A stretch of DNA of 64,000 nucleotides from Cyclobacteriaceae bacterium (GTDB lineage: Bacteria > Bacteroidota > Bacteroidia > Cytophagales > Cyclobacteriaceae). Shown in pieces: positions 61,657 to 64,000 of this stretch. Location: positions 15 to 64,014 of the forward strand of contig JBLICU010000005.1 in the NCBI GenBank assembly GCA_047632435.1, in the 5' to 3' direction. A program made the translations under genes and the position numbers. The first letter of the stretch is position 1. Every line of letters starts with the position of its first letter. The notes beneath the pieces were generated by a model. That model ran no database searches, had not been told where the DNA came from, and saw only the letters and a list, made by a program, of their open reading frames with translations.

Positions 61657-61815
61657 ATGAAAAAACAAAAACTGTCCTTTAATAAATCTTTGATCAGGTT
61701 CCATAAGTACCGCAGAAAACTCCAACGACTGGAGTTAGCCTGGCACAACCAGCGCCGACAAGGTATGCTGCAAAAGCACATAGAAAGGCTACATGGATGG
61801 CTCAGCGCTATGATA
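61657..61815 (+). pseudogene. 5' remnant of a probable large secreted protein (basic N-terminal leader)
   Basis: MKKQKLSFNKSLIRFHKYRRKLQRLE...LQKHIERLHGWLS is an amphipathic basic leader. It then runs directly into the antisense strand of the kinase remnant. Confidence 0.45.
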
Positions 61816-62018
61816 CTCGCGCAAAAACCAAATCAGAGAGTTCTCCAAATCGGCCAAACACAATTTTGCCCTGGCTTGCTAATCTTGATTGCTCCTCAAA
61901 AGACAGATCAATGGTATCGGCAAAGATCTCAAACTGATCATAGCTTAACCTTTCTCCGGCCTTAACAGATAGAAATGAAGGTTGATCCAATCAGGATAAG
62001 TCGAAAAATGGAGCGCAT
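61808..62018 (-). pseudogene. Truncated, frameshifted paralogue of the 7TM hybrid kinase 5' end
   Basis: ATG 62018 gives MRSIFRLILIGSTFISIC* (5-nt deletion relative to 60933). The other frame reads SFLSVKAGERLSYDQFEIFADTIDLSFEE versus SFLSAKAGERLSYDQFKIYADTTNLSFEE in the intact gene. Confidence 0.85.
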
Positions 62019-62221
62019 GATTAAAAATAAAGGTATTTCATTCCTTCATCAACTAGCTCGACTATTGGAGAAAGGTAAGCTTAAGCACATTCAGACCAGT
62101 CGGTAAGTCTAAAACACCCTTTGCTATGAATTAGGATCTAAAACGACTCAGATTCCTCTATTATAGCAAATAATGGCATGTCACAAATGAGATAAAGAAT
62201 GTCAGGAATTTGATAATGAAT
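61870..62221. repeat. Dispersed duplication, copy 2
   Basis: See copy 1 at 60790-61136. Confidence 0.9.
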
Positions 62222-62296
62222 CGGCTCTACCTTTATTCCTTAGCTATTTTTCGAATAGCAAAACCGGACACTACTTTTCACCCAATCAAAAATAAA

Positions 62297-64000
62297 ATGA
62301 AACACTTATTCTACTCTTTTCTACAATTGAAATCAAGTAAGCAAATTCAGAAGACCATTATGGTTTTTGTTTTAACACTTCTCTGTGGAAGCACATTCGC
62401 CCAGACGATCTCCATTCAGGGTGTTCTTCGCGATCCCAACGGACGATCTGTGGACGATGGATCTTACAGTGTTACCTTCAAAATCTATGATGCTGCAACA
62501 GGAGGCTCTACACTATGGACAGACACCTATACCAGTTTGCAGACCAAGCATGGAGTATTTCAAGCCAATTTAGGTGAGCAAACCTCATTAGATGGTTTGG
62601 GATTTGATACACAGTATTTCGTAGGAGTAACAGTAGAGGCATATGCTGAAATGACGCCAAGGATTGCTTTAACAATCTATCCATATGCGAAAGCGATTCT
62701 TGGTCAAGATAATAAGTTCCCTTCCGTAGGAAATGTAGAAATGGCCACTGACGACTTCATCATTCATGAAGGAGAATTGAGATTAGCAGGAGCAGGTGGT
62801 AGAATATTATTCAATGACGGTACATCACTAAACACTGCTAATTTCGGCGGTCCAGCAGGCTCACTGCTCAATTCTTCTAATGTTAACATAAATGCGGACA
62901 ATATCGCCGACTTTTCAGGAGCAATCAATTTTCAGACACGTGGAACCACTAGAGCTTCGATTGCAAATAATGGAAATGCAACTTTCAATGGATCAATAAA
63001 TGCTGCATTTGGAATTTCGTCAGGAACTTACAATACCAGTATAGGATCAATAAATTTATATGGACCTGATGCTGCTTCTGCTTCTGGTGGTCAATTAAAT
63101 CTTTATACAAGCGACACACGGGCTACAGAAAAATGGTATATGCAACCGGTTGAAAACAATTTGATTCTCGGTCATGAAACAGGAGGAGCATTCCCCACTG
63201 TTGCAACTTTTAGTTCAGCAGGCACTACGTTAGCAGGTACTACTGTAATTGATGCATTGACTGTTTCATCAAGTACTACATTATCAGGTACTACTGTAAC
63301 TGATGCCTTGACAGTTTCATCAGGTACATTAACAGTTTCGTCAGGTTCGGTGGCAGTTGGTTCAAATTTTTCTGTTTCAGACAATGTTATATCAGCAGGA
63401 ACATCCAATACGACCAAAGGTATATTACAATTATATGGTTCTAATGGAGCAACCGGTGGCCAAGCAAATTTTTACACAAATGCAGGACAGGCTGTCTCAA
63501 AATGGTTTTTGGAAACCAATGAAAATGATTTCGCGATAGGTCACGAAAACGCAGGATCATTCCCTATTTCCGCATATTTTGATTCGAGTGGTAGTATTGG
63601 TATAGGAGATGATACACCTACTGAAGGCAGACTTGTTGTAAAAGGTTTAGGCGTAGGAGGTACCGTAAGTTTGCTTTCATATTTAGAGGGTGCTGGTGCT
63701 GGAAATACTCCAATTCCGAGTTTCTCGAGCGCTTTTGGTATTTATGCCGATGGAGGTGTTGTAAGTGAAGCTGGTTTTTACGTTATTTCTGATAAGAGGG
63801 TAAAAGAAATACAACGGAGGACAAATACGAGTGAGGATTTAGATGTATTCAGTAAATTAAACGTGACGGATTATGAATTTATCGATAAAGTTCAACACGG
63901 TGATAAAAAAGAGAAGAAGCTAATAGCTCAAGAAGTAAGAGCCGTTTACCCACAAGCAGTATCATTAAGTAAAGGAATTGTCCCGGATATTTATGCTAAG
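62297..64000 (+). CDS. Secreted phage-tail-fibre-like protein with peptidase S74 intramolecular chaperone domain (3'-truncated by window edge)
   Basis: Hand-translated 568 codons with no stop. Signal peptide ends ...GSTFA/Q, then an N-domain QGVLRD...YSVTFKIYDAATGG..LW...PR...YPYA and a G/S/T-rich shaft. C-terminus has the S74 signature FYVISDKRVKE (SD at 63788) and LIAQEV..VYPQAV. Confidence 0.88.
   Translation, partial: MKHLFYSFLQLKSSKQIQKTIMVFVLTLLCGSTFAQTISIQGVLRDPNGRSVDDGSYSVTFKIYDAATGGSTLWTDTYTSLQTKHGVFQANLGEQTSLDGLGFDTQYFVGVTVEAYAEMTPRIALTIYPYAKAILGQDNKFPSVGNVEMATDDFIIHEGELRLAGAGGRILFNDGTSLNTANFGGPAGSLLNSSNVNINADNIADFSGAINFQTRGTTRASIANNGNATFNGSINAAFGISSGTYNTSIGSINLYGPDAASASGGQLNLYTSDTRATEKWYMQPVENNLILGHETGGAFPTVATFSSAGTTLAGTTVIDALTVSSSTTLSGTTVTDALTVSSGTLTVSSGSVAVGSNFSVSDNVISAGTSNTTKGILQLYGSNGATGGQANFYTNAGQAVSKWFLETNENDFAIGHENAGSFPISAYFDSSGSIGIGDDTPTEGRLVVKGLGVGGTVSLLSYLEGAGAGNTPIPSFSSAFGIYADGGVVSEAGFYVISDKRVKEIQRRTNTSEDLDVFSKLNVTDYEFIDKVQHGDKKEKKLIAQEVRAVYPQAVSLSKGIVPDIYAK

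Noticed and set aside
61657-61965. Intact 102-aa protein
   Set aside because: The C-terminal half is the antisense of the duplicated kinase fragment, so it is treated as a chimeric remnant.
63172-63539. Short ORFs 63172-63417 (-) and 63357-63539 (+)
   Set aside because: Shadow ORFs within the uninterrupted 62297-64000 fibre CDS.

Overview
Chromosomal window from a Bacteroidota, most likely a marine Cytophagales-type organism (inferred from SusC/SusD, T9SS C-terminal domains, gld-like ABC genes and TAnnTTTG promoter elements). Housekeeping genes include lysA, dapD, purC, rnz, a thiolase, yhhQ, several transporters and two tRNAs (Ser-GCT, Arg-TCT). Three accessory regions stand out. (1) A metal-uptake operon: mntR, a membrane-anchored DtxR/FeoA protein and a split feoB, with a palindromic operator upstream. 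(2) A ~21 kb polysaccharide utilisation locus (PUL) next to the tRNA-Arg 3' end. It has SusCD, a surface lipoprotein, three paralogous beta-helix enzymes sharing a DAGG[VI]DSD motif, four DNRLRE/CBM96-like modules, an acetylesterase and a GH2 beta-glucuronidase. No lyase-partner GH88/GH105 or sulfatase was recognised, and its hybrid two-component system (HTCS) lacks the receiver phospho-Asp. (3) At the right end, a 7TM-DISM kinase/REC/AraC regulator, a ~350 bp duplicated kinase-5'-end/promoter block with a deletion scar, and a signal-peptide-bearing phage-tail-fibre-like protein with a peptidase S74 chaperone domain. That last CDS (62297 to beyond 64000) is missing from the ORF track. Also present: a frameshifted higB toxin gene, a (GTAAAGA)8 tandem repeat and a sigma54-type promoter. 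No CRISPR array, rRNA, IS element or integrase was recognised. All family assignments are by eye from motifs; no database search was run.
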